From: Candidatus Limnocylindrales bacterium
GTDB taxonomy: Bacteria > Chloroflexota > Limnocylindria > QHBO01
NCBI GenBank assembly: GCA_035540715.1
Contig: DATLGA010000041.1
Coordinates: forward strand, 17,496 to 81,495
Direction: 5' to 3'
DNA: 64,000 bases
Positions 48,756 through 58,248 of the stretch are shown piece after piece (position 1 is the stretch's first letter; every line of letters starts with the position of its first letter). The notes under the pieces are model-generated. The model was not told the DNA's origin and ran no database searches. It saw nothing but the letters and a program-made list of their open reading frames with translations. The position numbers and the translations under genes are program-made.

Positions 48756-50168
48756 GTGGTCATAGCCGGCGAGCGCATCCACGTGATCGGCATCGCCGGA
48801 TCGGGAGCCGCCGGCACGGCAGTGCTGCTGCACCACGCCGGGGCCACCGTCGACGGCTGCGACGCCGACGCACCGTCGCCGTACACGCCGCCGCTCGATG
48901 CACACGGCATCCGATACGTCGCCGGGCACGATGCCGCGCACCTCGAGGGCATCGACCGGGTCGCGATCACCCCGGCGATCCGCTCGCTGCCGCACCACGA
49001 CGAGCTTGCCGCGGCCGAGGCCCGCGGGATCCCGGCCCAGCCCTGGCAGGCGCTCCTCGGCGAGCTCATGCGCGCGCCGAACCGTATCGGCGTGGGCGTG
49101 ACCGGGACGCACGGGAAGTCCACGACGACCGCCCTGCTCGGACATCTCCTCGTCGAATCCGGGCTCGATCCGACGGTCGAGGTCGGCGCCTTCATCCGCG
49201 CGTGGGGAGCGTCCGTCCGTCCGGGGGACGGCGCGGCGTTCGTGGTGGAGGCCGACGAGTTCGGCGACAACTTCCTGAACTACCACCCCGCGGCTGCGAT
49301 CGTGACGAACGTGGAGATGGATCATCCCGACTACTTCGCCGATGCCACCGCCGTCATGCGTTCATTCGAGCGCTTCGTCCGCGGCATGGAACCCCACCAT
49401 GCGCTCGGGGGCCGGCTCCTGGTCATCGCCGCGACCGACCCCGGTGCCACGGAGCTCGCGAATCGGCTCGGCGATTGGGAGGGGCGGATCGTCCGGTACG
49501 GCCGCGGCGGGGACGTGGAGGCCACCGACGTCGTCCACGAGCGCGCCGGAAGCTCGTTCAGCCTGTTCGATCGACGCTTCGAGACGTCGCTTGCGGGCGA
49601 GCACAACGTCCAGAACGCAACGGCGGCCCTGTTCATGGCGCGAGCCCTCGGCGCCGATCTGCATCGGCTGGCGGACGGCCTGCGCACCTTCGCCGGAGCC
49701 GGACGCCGGATGGAGCTGATCGCCGATACTCCGAGCGTGACGATCTACGACGACTACGGTCACCACCCGACCGAGGTGCGAGCCGCGCTCGCCGCCGCGC
49801 GCCAGAAGGTCGGCCCGGACCGCCGCCTGTGGGCCGTCTTCGAGCCGCACATGTACTCCCGCACCGCGCTGCTCCTGGACGCCTTCTCGACCGCCTTCGC
49901 CGATGCGGACGAGGTCGTCATCGCCGAGATCTTCGCCTCGCGCGACACCCCGCAGGCGATGGCCGCCACGTCGGCCGAGGCGCTGGCCGACGCCATCGAG
50001 CGTGCGTCGGGCATCCCGTCAATCGCGGTCGGCGACGTCGACGTGACGACCGACTACGTGGCCGACCATGTCACTCCGGGTGACGCCGTGCTCGTCATGG
50101 GAGCCGGGAAGTCGTACCGCATCGCGCGCGGCCTGGCAGATCGGCTCGCCAGCGGGGCGGCCTCGTGA
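48756..50168 (+). CDS. murC: UDP-N-acetylmuramate--L-alanine ligase
   Basis: GTG after GGGAGGGG; IHVIGIAGSGAAG, GTHGKSTTTALLGHLL. Confidence 0.9.
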   Translation: MVIAGERIHVIGIAGSGAAGTAVLLHHAGATVDGCDADAPSPYTPPLDAHGIRYVAGHDAAHLEGIDRVAITPAIRSLPHHDELAAAEARGIPAQPWQALLGELMRAPNRIGVGVTGTHGKSTTTALLGHLLVESGLDPTVEVGAFIRAWGASVRPGDGAAFVVEADEFGDNFLNYHPAAAIVTNVEMDHPDYFADATAVMRSFERFVRGMEPHHALGGRLLVIAATDPGATELANRLGDWEGRIVRYGRGGDVEATDVVHERAGSSFSLFDRRFETSLAGEHNVQNATAALFMARALGADLHRLADGLRTFAGAGRRMELIADTPSVTIYDDYGHHPTEVRAALAAARQKVGPDRRLWAVFEPHMYSRTALLLDAFSTAFADADEVVIAEIFASRDTPQAMAATSAEALADAIERASGIPSIAVGDVDVTTDYVADHVTPGDAVLVMGAGKSYRIARGLADRLASGAAS

Positions 50169-50542
50169 TCGGCGCGCGGTCGGCCGTCCTGGGAGCCATC
50201 CTCGCGATCGCCGTGGCGATCGCCTACCAGGGCGTCGTCGGCCTCGTCGAGGCATCCGGCGCACGGGACCAGCCGGCCGTGATCCTCATCCTCCTGCTCG
50301 CCGCCTTCCTGGGCGTCCTGACCGCCGTCGCGACCCGCATGCTGCGCCTGCCCGGCGCTACGGCACCGACCGTCCTGGTGCTCGCCTGGACCCTCGTGCC
50401 GGTCGTCCTCGGCGCGGTCCCGTCCGCAGCCACCGCCATGTTCGCCGGCGACGCGGCGCTCACGTCAGGACAGGCGCTTGCCCTGGCCACTGCGACGGTG
50501 GCCGCGGCCGTGACGCTCGGAGTGCCCGCCGAACGTCGCTAA
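50165..50542 (+). CDS. small hydrophobic membrane protein, translationally coupled to murC
   Basis: GTGA overlap with murC stop; 125 aa, ~3-4 predicted TM helices rich in Ala/Leu/Val; no known motifs. Confidence 0.4.
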   Translation: MIGARSAVLGAILAIAVAIAYQGVVGLVEASGARDQPAVILILLLAAFLGVLTAVATRMLRLPGATAPTVLVLAWTLVPVVLGAVPSAATAMFAGDAALTSGQALALATATVAAAVTLGVPAERR

Positions 50543-50543
50543 C

Positions 50544-53500
50544 CTAGTCGCCCTCGCCGCGCAGCTGGGCGAACGTGGGGCAGTTGTTCTGGGGGAAGAA
50601 CCTCTGGCACTCGAAGTCGCTGAATCCTCGGCTGAGAGATCGCCGAACCAGGGTCAGGAGCTCGTCCCGATCCAGCGTGACCGTCTGGACCGTGCCGCCC
50701 TGCGGCGCGACGATCAGGCGATGCTCGTCACGGAAGGCCAATCCCTGGATCTCGGCCGTCCCGAACCGGAGCTCGTGGCGGACGGCCCCGGTGTCGCTAT
50801 CGAACACTCGAACGAAGCCGTCGGACGAACCAATCGCGACGAGCGACCGGTCCGGGCTCATCGCCTGACTCTTGATCGACCCTTCCGAGATTCGGCTCGC
50901 GCTCCGGCTCGTGTCGACCGCCAGCGTGTCCACGTCCACCCAGAAGAGTCCTCCCCCCGCATCTCCAACCGACCCCCACGCGATGAACGTCGAGCCATCG
51001 AGGAAGTCGACCAGGGTCAGGTTCGTGGCATCGAGAAATCGAGGGTCGGTGCTGGCCTCCAGCGTTCGCTCCCATGCTCCGACCGAGATGCGGTCGAGGC
51101 GGCGCCCGAAGTACGTGACGATGAGGTCTGCCCCGTCCGGAGTGAAGAACGCGTCGGTGACGAAGCCACGTCGCTGGTCGACGGGCTCCGTGTACAGCAA
51201 TGCCCCGGTGTGGGTGTCCCAGACGGCGAAGTACATCCCACGTGAGACCCCGGCAAGCATCGTCCCGTCCGGAGACCACGCGAGGCGGTTCGCGTAGAAG
51301 ATGAACGGCGCTTCGGGGTTCGTTCGGCAGTCCGATGACACGATATGGAAGTCATCCCATTCACAGGTGCCCTCGAGCTGTACGAGGACCTCACCCGTCG
51401 CCACGTCCTGGATCGCGATCGGCCCGAACTGGAAATCCTTTCCGGGCAGGTGATGCGCGATCCTGCGTCCGTCGGGCGAGAGCCCGCTTGCCTGCGCCTG
51501 GTGGTCGGTGTACCGCGCAAGCACATGGAGCTGGTCGGGTTCGAGGATGAAGGTGGTCGCGGGGTCCAGCGGGCCGTCACAGGCAACCACGATGCTTGCA
51601 GTCTCCTGCCGCAACTGCAGCCCGTACGCGATCGTGAAGCCGGGACACGTGAACGATCCCGCAACCTCGCCCCGCCGCTGCGGGTCGACCACCAGCGCGG
51701 TGCGCGCCGAGAAGTCCGTGACGAGCCCTCGTCCGTCATCGGCGAGCGTCACCATGCCGGGCGCCAGCCCTGACCAGCGACCGAGCGGCTCGGCGCCACG
51801 GGCCGTCCAGTGATGGAGCGTGGCGTCGCGGCCGGTCGTCACGACGGAGTCGGCTGACGCGAATGTCCCGTACCAGCTTCCTCCGGCATGCCCGCTGTAG
51901 GAGGCCACCACCTCGCCCAGCGCGACGTCCCAGACCTCCACCGGTCGATCACCGTAGAGCAGCAACGCTCCATCGGCGCTCAGTCGCCGAACGTACGCGT
52001 TGAATTGGCCCGTGCTGTACGGGTCGATCTCGAGAAGCATGTCGCCGGTTTCAAGATCGATCACCACCGATCGAGTGGTCTCGTCGGACGCGTCGTCGTA
52101 CGCGACCACGCTGCCGTCCGCGCTGATGGCCGCAGCCCCGTCGTCCTCTCTGAGTGCATGTTCGGTCAGGACTCGGCGCTCGCCACGCTCCAGGTCGATC
52201 AGCTCGAGAGTGACGACGTCCTGGTCGAAATGGAAGCAAGACGGCGCTTCGTCGGTTGGATCGGGCAGGGTGAGCGCCAGCAGGCTCACCGCCGAAACGG
52301 CCACCACGATGCCGCCGCAGGCGCCGACATCCAGCCGGGTGACCTCCGCGCCCGTGCGGGCATCCCACACGTGGATGCCCAGGCCCTCCGGCGGCGGTGG
52401 AGGATCGACATTCGGTGGGGTCCAGTAGCTCCCCGCAAGAACGAGCGCACCATCGGCGCTGAAGTGTGCCAGGCCGATCGATCCCGACTCGTCGTCGAGC
52501 GCGTACTCCCAGAGCACTCGTCGGGTCGCCATCTCGTAGACCTCGATGCGATTGCTCGTCTCCCAGTTTTCGCCCGAGGCCGCGATGAGCTCGCCTGCGG
52601 GATCCATCACGGCACGCAGCGATGGCTCGCGCGGATCCTCCGGCCACGCGTACGTGTCCATGACGATGTCGGCCGCATGTGCCTGATGCAGCGCGGAGAG
52701 GGCCTCGAGCGGCGGGTTGTCCATCGAGGATGCGACGAGCGCGAGAAGCCGGGCGCGCATGGGGTTGTCGTCGAGCGAAGCGATCGCCGACGCCGCGAGG
52801 GCCCGACTCTGAGCCTCGGCGGCGGCCCGCTCCGCCTCGGCGGCGGCCCGCTCAGCCTCGGCTGCCTGCTGCGTCGCGAACGCCCCGGCCCCGACTGCGA
52901 CCAGCAGGAAGACCACGGCTGCTCCGAGGAGAGCCTTGAGCCGCCGGTTCGTCCGTCGCTGGCGCTCCGCTTCGGCATCGGCTTCGGCTTTGCTGGTCTC
53001 CACGAAGGCGTGCTCGGTGGCGTTCAGGTCTCGCCGGTGGCCCGCTGCCCAGTCGAGGGCAGCGGCCAGACGAGCACCCCGATAGAGGTCGTCGGATGGC
53101 TGCCCCCGCTCGGCCCACGCCTGAGCGGTGGTCGCCAGATGGAGCCGCACCTGCCGACCCGTCGCGTCGTCGGTCAACCAAGCCCGGTAGCGAGGCCACT
53201 CGCGAAGCAGAGCCTCGTGGGCGAGCTCCGCGTAGCCGTCACCCGCCACCAGGAGCCGATCCCGTATGAGGGCGTCGACAACGAGCGTCGCCCTTGAGTC
53301 CCGGTCAAGATCGAGCTCAGCGAGTGGCACGCGCCGTCTCACCACGGCGCCGCCCTCGCCCGTGCCGCTCAGGCGCAGGAACACGCCGCGCGCAACCTCC
53401 TGCTCAGTCGGCGCGAGTCGTCCGAAGGCGGACTCCGCCAGTCGTCCGACGGCTCCGTGCAGTCCGCCCGTGCTGCGATAGCCCGCGAGCGTCAGACGGC

Positions 53501-55625
53501 GCCCGTCGCGCGCAAGCCACAGCTCCAGGAGGGCGGTGGAGAGGAGCGGCAGCACGGAGGCGTCGCTGCCTGCATCGTCGACGAGCGCCGCGGTGAGATC
53601 AGGGTCGACGCGGAGTCCCACTCGCGTCGCGGGGTGCTCGATGATGGCCCGAATCTCGTCACGCTGCAGGGGTCCGACGAGCACCTGGCTCTCGCCAAGA
53701 CGCTTGGCAAGGAGAGGGTAGGCCGCCGCGTGTTCGTAATGATCCGCCCGCATGGCCACCACCACCTTGAGGCCGGAGCGCTCCGTCGTGATGATGTCCA
53801 GGAACTCCAGGCGCTCGTCCGCATCGACGTCGTTGGCGAACAGCTCTTCGAACTGGTCGACGATGAGCAGCAGCCGCTGGTGTTCCGCCAGGCTTCCCAG
53901 CATCTTCAGCAGAGCAGCACGTGGATGCTCTTCGTACATGGGGTCCAGGGAGGTAGAACGCTCGAGGGCGGCCCGCAGCTCGCCGAGCGGGCTGTCCCCG
54001 GGGCGCATGACGGCCTGGACCCACCGATCACTGGCCGGCAGCACGCCGGCCGCCAGCGCCGGCAGGAGGCCGGCGTGGAGCGCCGACGACTTGCCGCTGC
54101 CGGAGGCCCCGACCAGGCCGACGAACGAGGCGCCCACGAGACGGGCGATGAGCTCTCCGATGAGCCGCTCACGCCCGAAGAACGCGTCGGCGTCGCCGGC
54201 CTCGAACGCGGCGAGGCCCTTGTAGGGACAGACCACCACGTCGGGACCGACCTCTTCGGTCGGTCGCTCCGGTTGGTCCAGATACAGCCGAGTCCGCTCG
54301 CGTGCCCGTTCGAGCTGGACGAGGTCCTGCAACATCGCAGACTCCGCAGCCCGCAGGCCGCGCCGTTCGGCTGCGGTACGTTGGGCCGTGGCACCGAGGC
54401 GGCGAGTGGCGGCACCTCGGGCCCACTGGCTGGCGACGCGATGGACGGCGGCCGGCACTCCGCCACTCTCCTGGAGGATCATGTGCGCCGGCAGCTCCTC
54501 GGCTTCTTGCTCGCCGTACAGCCGGGCCACGGCGGCGGTCTCCTGGAGGTCGAGCGCCCCGAGGACCCGGCGCCGAGGCGCCGGGACGAGGCGTTCGATC
54601 AGGCGCATCAACGATGGCGAAGCCGGGTCGCGATGCGAGAGCACGACCAGCCGTCGTTCGTGGCCCGGCGCCAGCGCCGACATGAGCCTCCGGACATCCG
54701 TCGCCGGCAGTGCTTCGACGTCATCGATGACCACGAGCGCGGTCGCGACGGGTGCCGTCAGGTCTCCGCTTCCGCGCACGTACACCACCGCCGCGCCATC
54801 GCCGTACGCGATCCCTGCGAGCTCGGCGGCGAGGCGTGTCCGACCCATGCCGGATGCTCCGGAGAGCACGACGAGCCCGCCGTGTCCGTGGCGAGCTCGA
54901 CGCCAGTGCCAACCGAGCCATCGAAGCTCCGACGCCCGTCCGACCAGGGGAACGATCGGATCGAGCTCCGGTGCCAGGGCTGGCCGCTCGCTCACGCTGC
55001 CGTCAAACGGCTGGTGGACATGCACCTCGGTCGCCGTGATGCGTGTCGCCGGCGTCGGTGCGTCGAAGCCTTTGAGCGGCTTCCCGTCGAGCTCGGCGTA
55101 CGCCAGGCCGTCCACATGGCCGGCGAGGTGGATGAGGCTGGCTGACGCGAGGACCTCGCCAGCCGCCGCGGCCGAGCACAACCGCGAGGCCAGGTTCACC
55201 GCCGCGCCCCGGTACCCATCGCCGATGGGGACGGCTTCGCCGGCATCCAGACCGATGCCCACACGAAGCGGCAGATCCGGCACGGCGGCCGTCTCGTCGG
55301 CGAACGCCTCCTGCAGCTCGACGGCGCACCGCAGGGCCTGTCGAGCGGACTCGAATGAACAGAGCGCCTCGTCGCCTCTCAGCTCGACGAGCTCGCCGTC
55401 CCACGCCTCGACACCCTCGGCGACGACCTGCGCAAACTTCGCGGCGAGGCGAGAGGCGGCCTCGTCACCGAGCTCGTTCGTGAACCGTGTGTAGCCACGG
55501 ATATCGGCGATCAGGAAGGTCCTGATGGCGCTGGGACGCTGCGCCGCCGGCCGCTTCGGCGTCATGGCCGTTCCCCCCGGCCAAGGAGGTCGCGTAAGGC
55601 GACCTTCCCTGTCGCCACGTTCCAC
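50544..55625 (-). CDS. multidomain signalling protein: class III nucleotidyl cyclase - AAA-like ATPase (degenerate P-loop) - STAND-type NTPase - TM helix - C-terminal PD40/WD40-like beta-propeller
   Basis: Cyclase motifs FLIADIRGYT, GDEALCSF, RVGIGLDAGEAVP, GAAVNLASRL; P-loop 1 GASGMGRT; P-loop 2 GASGSGKSS with Walker B LLLIVDQFEELF; TM LKALLGAAVVFLLVAVGAGAF; repeated SxDG/PDG beta-propeller blades (AWSPDGTMLAG, FFTPDGADLIV). Alternative start at Met21 (55565). Confidence 0.8.
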   Translation of the reverse strand: MERGDREGRLTRPPWPGGTAMTPKRPAAQRPSAIRTFLIADIRGYTRFTNELGDEAASRLAAKFAQVVAEGVEAWDGELVELRGDEALCSFESARQALRCAVELQEAFADETAAVPDLPLRVGIGLDAGEAVPIGDGYRGAAVNLASRLCSAAAAGEVLASASLIHLAGHVDGLAYAELDGKPLKGFDAPTPATRITATEVHVHQPFDGSVSERPALAPELDPIVPLVGRASELRWLGWHWRRARHGHGGLVVLSGASGMGRTRLAAELAGIAYGDGAAVVYVRGSGDLTAPVATALVVIDDVEALPATDVRRLMSALAPGHERRLVVLSHRDPASPSLMRLIERLVPAPRRRVLGALDLQETAAVARLYGEQEAEELPAHMILQESGGVPAAVHRVASQWARGAATRRLGATAQRTAAERRGLRAAESAMLQDLVQLERARERTRLYLDQPERPTEEVGPDVVVCPYKGLAAFEAGDADAFFGRERLIGELIARLVGASFVGLVGASGSGKSSALHAGLLPALAAGVLPASDRWVQAVMRPGDSPLGELRAALERSTSLDPMYEEHPRAALLKMLGSLAEHQRLLLIVDQFEELFANDVDADERLEFLDIITTERSGLKVVVAMRADHYEHAAAYPLLAKRLGESQVLVGPLQRDEIRAIIEHPATRVGLRVDPDLTAALVDDAGSDASVLPLLSTALLELWLARDGRRLTLAGYRSTGGLHGAVGRLAESAFGRLAPTEQEVARGVFLRLSGTGEGGAVVRRRVPLAELDLDRDSRATLVVDALIRDRLLVAGDGYAELAHEALLREWPRYRAWLTDDATGRQVRLHLATTAQAWAERGQPSDDLYRGARLAAALDWAAGHRRDLNATEHAFVETSKAEADAEAERQRRTNRRLKALLGAAVVFLLVAVGAGAFATQQAAEAERAAAEAERAAAEAQSRALAASAIASLDDNPMRARLLALVASSMDNPPLEALSALHQAHAADIVMDTYAWPEDPREPSLRAVMDPAGELIAASGENWETSNRIEVYEMATRRVLWEYALDDESGSIGLAHFSADGALVLAGSYWTPPNVDPPPPPEGLGIHVWDARTGAEVTRLDVGACGGIVVAVSAVSLLALTLPDPTDEAPSCFHFDQDVVTLELIDLERGERRVLTEHALREDDGAAAISADGSVVAYDDASDETTRSVVIDLETGDMLLEIDPYSTGQFNAYVRRLSADGALLLYGDRPVEVWDVALGEVVASYSGHAGGSWYGTFASADSVVTTGRDATLHHWTARGAEPLGRWSGLAPGMVTLADDGRGLVTDFSARTALVVDPQRRGEVAGSFTCPGFTIAYGLQLRQETASIVVACDGPLDPATTFILEPDQLHVLARYTDHQAQASGLSPDGRRIAHHLPGKDFQFGPIAIQDVATGEVLVQLEGTCEWDDFHIVSSDCRTNPEAPFIFYANRLAWSPDGTMLAGVSRGMYFAVWDTHTGALLYTEPVDQRRGFVTDAFFTPDGADLIVTYFGRRLDRISVGAWERTLEASTDPRFLDATNLTLVDFLDGSTFIAWGSVGDAGGGLFWVDVDTLAVDTSRSASRISEGSIKSQAMSPDRSLVAIGSSDGFVRVFDSDTGAVRHELRFGTAEIQGLAFRDEHRLIVAPQGGTVQTVTLDRDELLTLVRRSLSRGFSDFECQRFFPQNNCPTFAQLRGEGD

Positions 55626-55830
55626 CCCACTTGCTCGGTGCGCGGAGTATCGGCCCCGCGGTACGTGCTGTCCAGTGTCAACGCCCGCATCGCCCCGCTC
55701 CTCGCTCCGTGCATGGAACGGTAGGGGAGCGGCGACCGCGATCCTAGCCGGCCGCAGTCAGGCCGCGTGTCGCCTCGACGACACCCTTGCATTCAGCCGT
55801 TGAGCGCTTGCTCGACCCTCCGGCCGGGGC

Positions 55831-57843
55831 ATGACCTTCGCCTCATCGCAGCCGGAGAAGCGCGCACGTAGTCTCCGGATGACTCCGCGTCGACTCCGCT
55901 CCAGCTCGAACGAGGCTCCCTTGACCCGCACGCCGTCGTCCGTCTCCCGGATCATCCTGCCGCTCATCGTGGCGGTCGCCCTCCTGCTCCCCGCTGTGCC
56001 GGTCGCGGCGTGGACCGCCAGCGCCACCGGCTACTCGACGCACGACTGGATCGTCGACCAGGCGGTGAAGGTGCTCGATGGTCGAGCCTCCGACTGGTTC
56101 AACGCGGCCGTCGCGCGGGAAGCCAGTGACGACCCGGATACCGATGGCGTCCCGGACATCTATCACGTGTATCGCGACGTCGGGAAGCGCGGGGGAGCGG
56201 TCCACCGGATCACCGAGCACTATGCCGCCGCGATGCGGCTGTACCAGGAGGGCGTGGCCGCTCGCTCCGCTGGCAACGCGTCCACGGCGTCCGCGCGCTT
56301 CCAGGCGGCCAGCCGCGAGATCGGCTGGCTGTCCCACTACTACACCGATATCCTCGTCCCGTATCACTCGCATTACGACGGCATCGGTCAGGACACGGCA
56401 CATCACCAGTACGAGGCGCTCGTCGGCCAGCAGACCCGAAAGGCAGGCGACCGACCGGATTGGTCCAGCTCGCGGCGCAGCGTCGCGACCATCAGCAGCA
56501 TCCGGACGAGCGCGATCGCCGCTGCCGCCCACTCGCGCACCTTCTACCCCGAGCTTCACTCGCTGGTCCTGGCGAGCCCGACCAAGCTCACCGCGCGAAT
56601 GTCCGAGATCACCGGACTGCTCCTCGTGCGGAGCGCGAACGATCTCGCCGACATCATCTGGTCGATCTCGGCCGGCAAGGGCAACGCCGCGCCGATCGGT
56701 TCACTGAGTGCGAGCGTGAAGTGGACGTACCCGGTCAAGAACGAGCCATGGCAGGGCGTCTTCGTGACAGCCACGGACACCGCCGGACGGCCGATGGAAG
56801 GCCTCGAGGTGCTCATCACGCTGCCCCTTCCGGTCGGGAGCACCACCACGGTGAAGGTCTTCACCGACCCGAAGGGGCAGGCGAAGTGGGCAGGCCAGAT
56901 CGGCGCGAGTGCACATCTCGTCCGCCAGGACGTGACTGCGCGCGCGACGACCGACGGACGCACCGTGACCGGCATGACATGGTGGGCGACCTCGCCGGTG
57001 CTCGCCAGCGGCAGTGATGGGTTCCGCAGCTGGGTCGACAACGCGACGCCCGTGGCGGGGGAGTACGTGACGGTCCGGTCGACCGTGCGCGACACCGCCG
57101 GCCGCGCCGTGGTCGGGATTCGCGTGAACTGGACCTGGTCGTACGGCGCCACCAAGCAGTCCACCACCGCACTCACCAACAGCCAGGGAGTGGCGGCCTC
57201 CAAGCGGCTCGTCAGCTCGAGCACGACGTTCGACACGGTGGTCATCGACGCCCACGTGCAGTCCGGCAGCGGAAACCGCTACTCGCGCGCGGCGTTCCAG
57301 CGTCAGCCCGGCGGCACCAGCGAGCCCTACAAGGGGTGGTTCACCGACATCTGGGACAGCAAGTTCCGGGACGACATCGTGTGGCTGGCCGAGGCCGGCA
57401 TCACGGTCGGCTGCTCCGCGGACCGCTACTGTCCGGACGGCCCGGTCACGCGGGAGCAGATGGCGACCTTCCTGGTCCGTGCCCTGAAGCTCCCGTCCAG
57501 CTCGAAGGACTTCTTCACCGACGACGGCGCATCGAAGCACCACGCCTCGATCAACGCGCTGGCCGCGTCCGGGATCACCAGCGGCTGCGGCGACAGGAAG
57601 TTCTGCCCCTCGGGTCGCGTGACCCGCGAGCAGATGGCCAGCTTCCTGACCCGCGGCCTGTCGCTTCCGCCGACGCAGCGGAACTACTTCAGCGACGACG
57701 ACAGCTCGAGGCATCACGCCGCGATCAACGCGTTGGCCGCGTCCGGAATCACCAGCGGCTGCGGCACCGATCGCTTCTGTCCACGCATAACGGTCACGCG
57801 CGGGCAGATGGCGGCCTTCCTCCGGCGCGCGCTGACGCGCTGA
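55831..57843 (+). CDS. secreted S-layer-homology (3x SLH) protein with N-terminal zinc-dependent phospholipase C / P1-nuclease-like domain and Ig-like middle region
   Basis: Signal peptide; WTASATGYSTHDWIVDQAVKVL (PLC Trp1/His zinc-site pattern), HYYTDILVPYHSHYDG; C-terminal three SLH repeats (FTDIWDS..., FTDDGASKHHASINALAASGITSGCG, FSDDDSSRHHAAINALAASGITSGCG). Confidence 0.75.
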   Translation: MTFASSQPEKRARSLRMTPRRLRSSSNEAPLTRTPSSVSRIILPLIVAVALLLPAVPVAAWTASATGYSTHDWIVDQAVKVLDGRASDWFNAAVAREASDDPDTDGVPDIYHVYRDVGKRGGAVHRITEHYAAAMRLYQEGVAARSAGNASTASARFQAASREIGWLSHYYTDILVPYHSHYDGIGQDTAHHQYEALVGQQTRKAGDRPDWSSSRRSVATISSIRTSAIAAAAHSRTFYPELHSLVLASPTKLTARMSEITGLLLVRSANDLADIIWSISAGKGNAAPIGSLSASVKWTYPVKNEPWQGVFVTATDTAGRPMEGLEVLITLPLPVGSTTTVKVFTDPKGQAKWAGQIGASAHLVRQDVTARATTDGRTVTGMTWWATSPVLASGSDGFRSWVDNATPVAGEYVTVRSTVRDTAGRAVVGIRVNWTWSYGATKQSTTALTNSQGVAASKRLVSSSTTFDTVVIDAHVQSGSGNRYSRAAFQRQPGGTSEPYKGWFTDIWDSKFRDDIVWLAEAGITVGCSADRYCPDGPVTREQMATFLVRALKLPSSSKDFFTDDGASKHHASINALAASGITSGCGDRKFCPSGRVTREQMASFLTRGLSLPPTQRNYFSDDDSSRHHAAINALAASGITSGCGTDRFCPRITVTRGQMAAFLRRALTR

Positions 57844-58005
57844 GTGCGACAGCCCGACCTCGTACATCACATAACATACATTTGCGGTAGTGCGACACCA
57901 GTGCGGGCTGAGTACCGAACTGGCCCTAAAGCCTGCCGCGGGTCCTACGCAGCATGCACCGATCGTCCTATGCGATCGGCCGTGCGACAGGCATAGGCTG
58001 TCCCT

Positions 58006-58248
58006 ATGGCACGCAGGTCGTGGTCGCTCGCGGTTGCCGGGCTCGCGCTCGGAGGCCTCGCCATTGCCGGCGGGACGGTCATCGGCGGTGAGCTCGGCCC
58101 ATTGACCGTTGGCTACGGTTTCCTCATCGGCCTCGCCGCACTGTACGCCCTGGCCGGCCTGGCCCTCCGGGCGCGCTTCTGGAGGCGGCTGCCGGCGCCG
58201 CGCGCCGCACAGCCGATGGAGCGGCTCGCCGGACGCCGGGTCTTCTAG
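58006..58248 (+). CDS. hypothetical small membrane protein (80 aa)
   Basis: Two predicted TM helices (LAVAGLALGGLAIAGG; FLIGLAALYALAGLAL); stop codon shares CTAG with convergent gene; weak evidence. Confidence 0.3.
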   Translation: MARRSWSLAVAGLALGGLAIAGGTVIGGELGPLTVGYGFLIGLAALYALAGLALRARFWRRLPAPRAAQPMERLAGRRVF

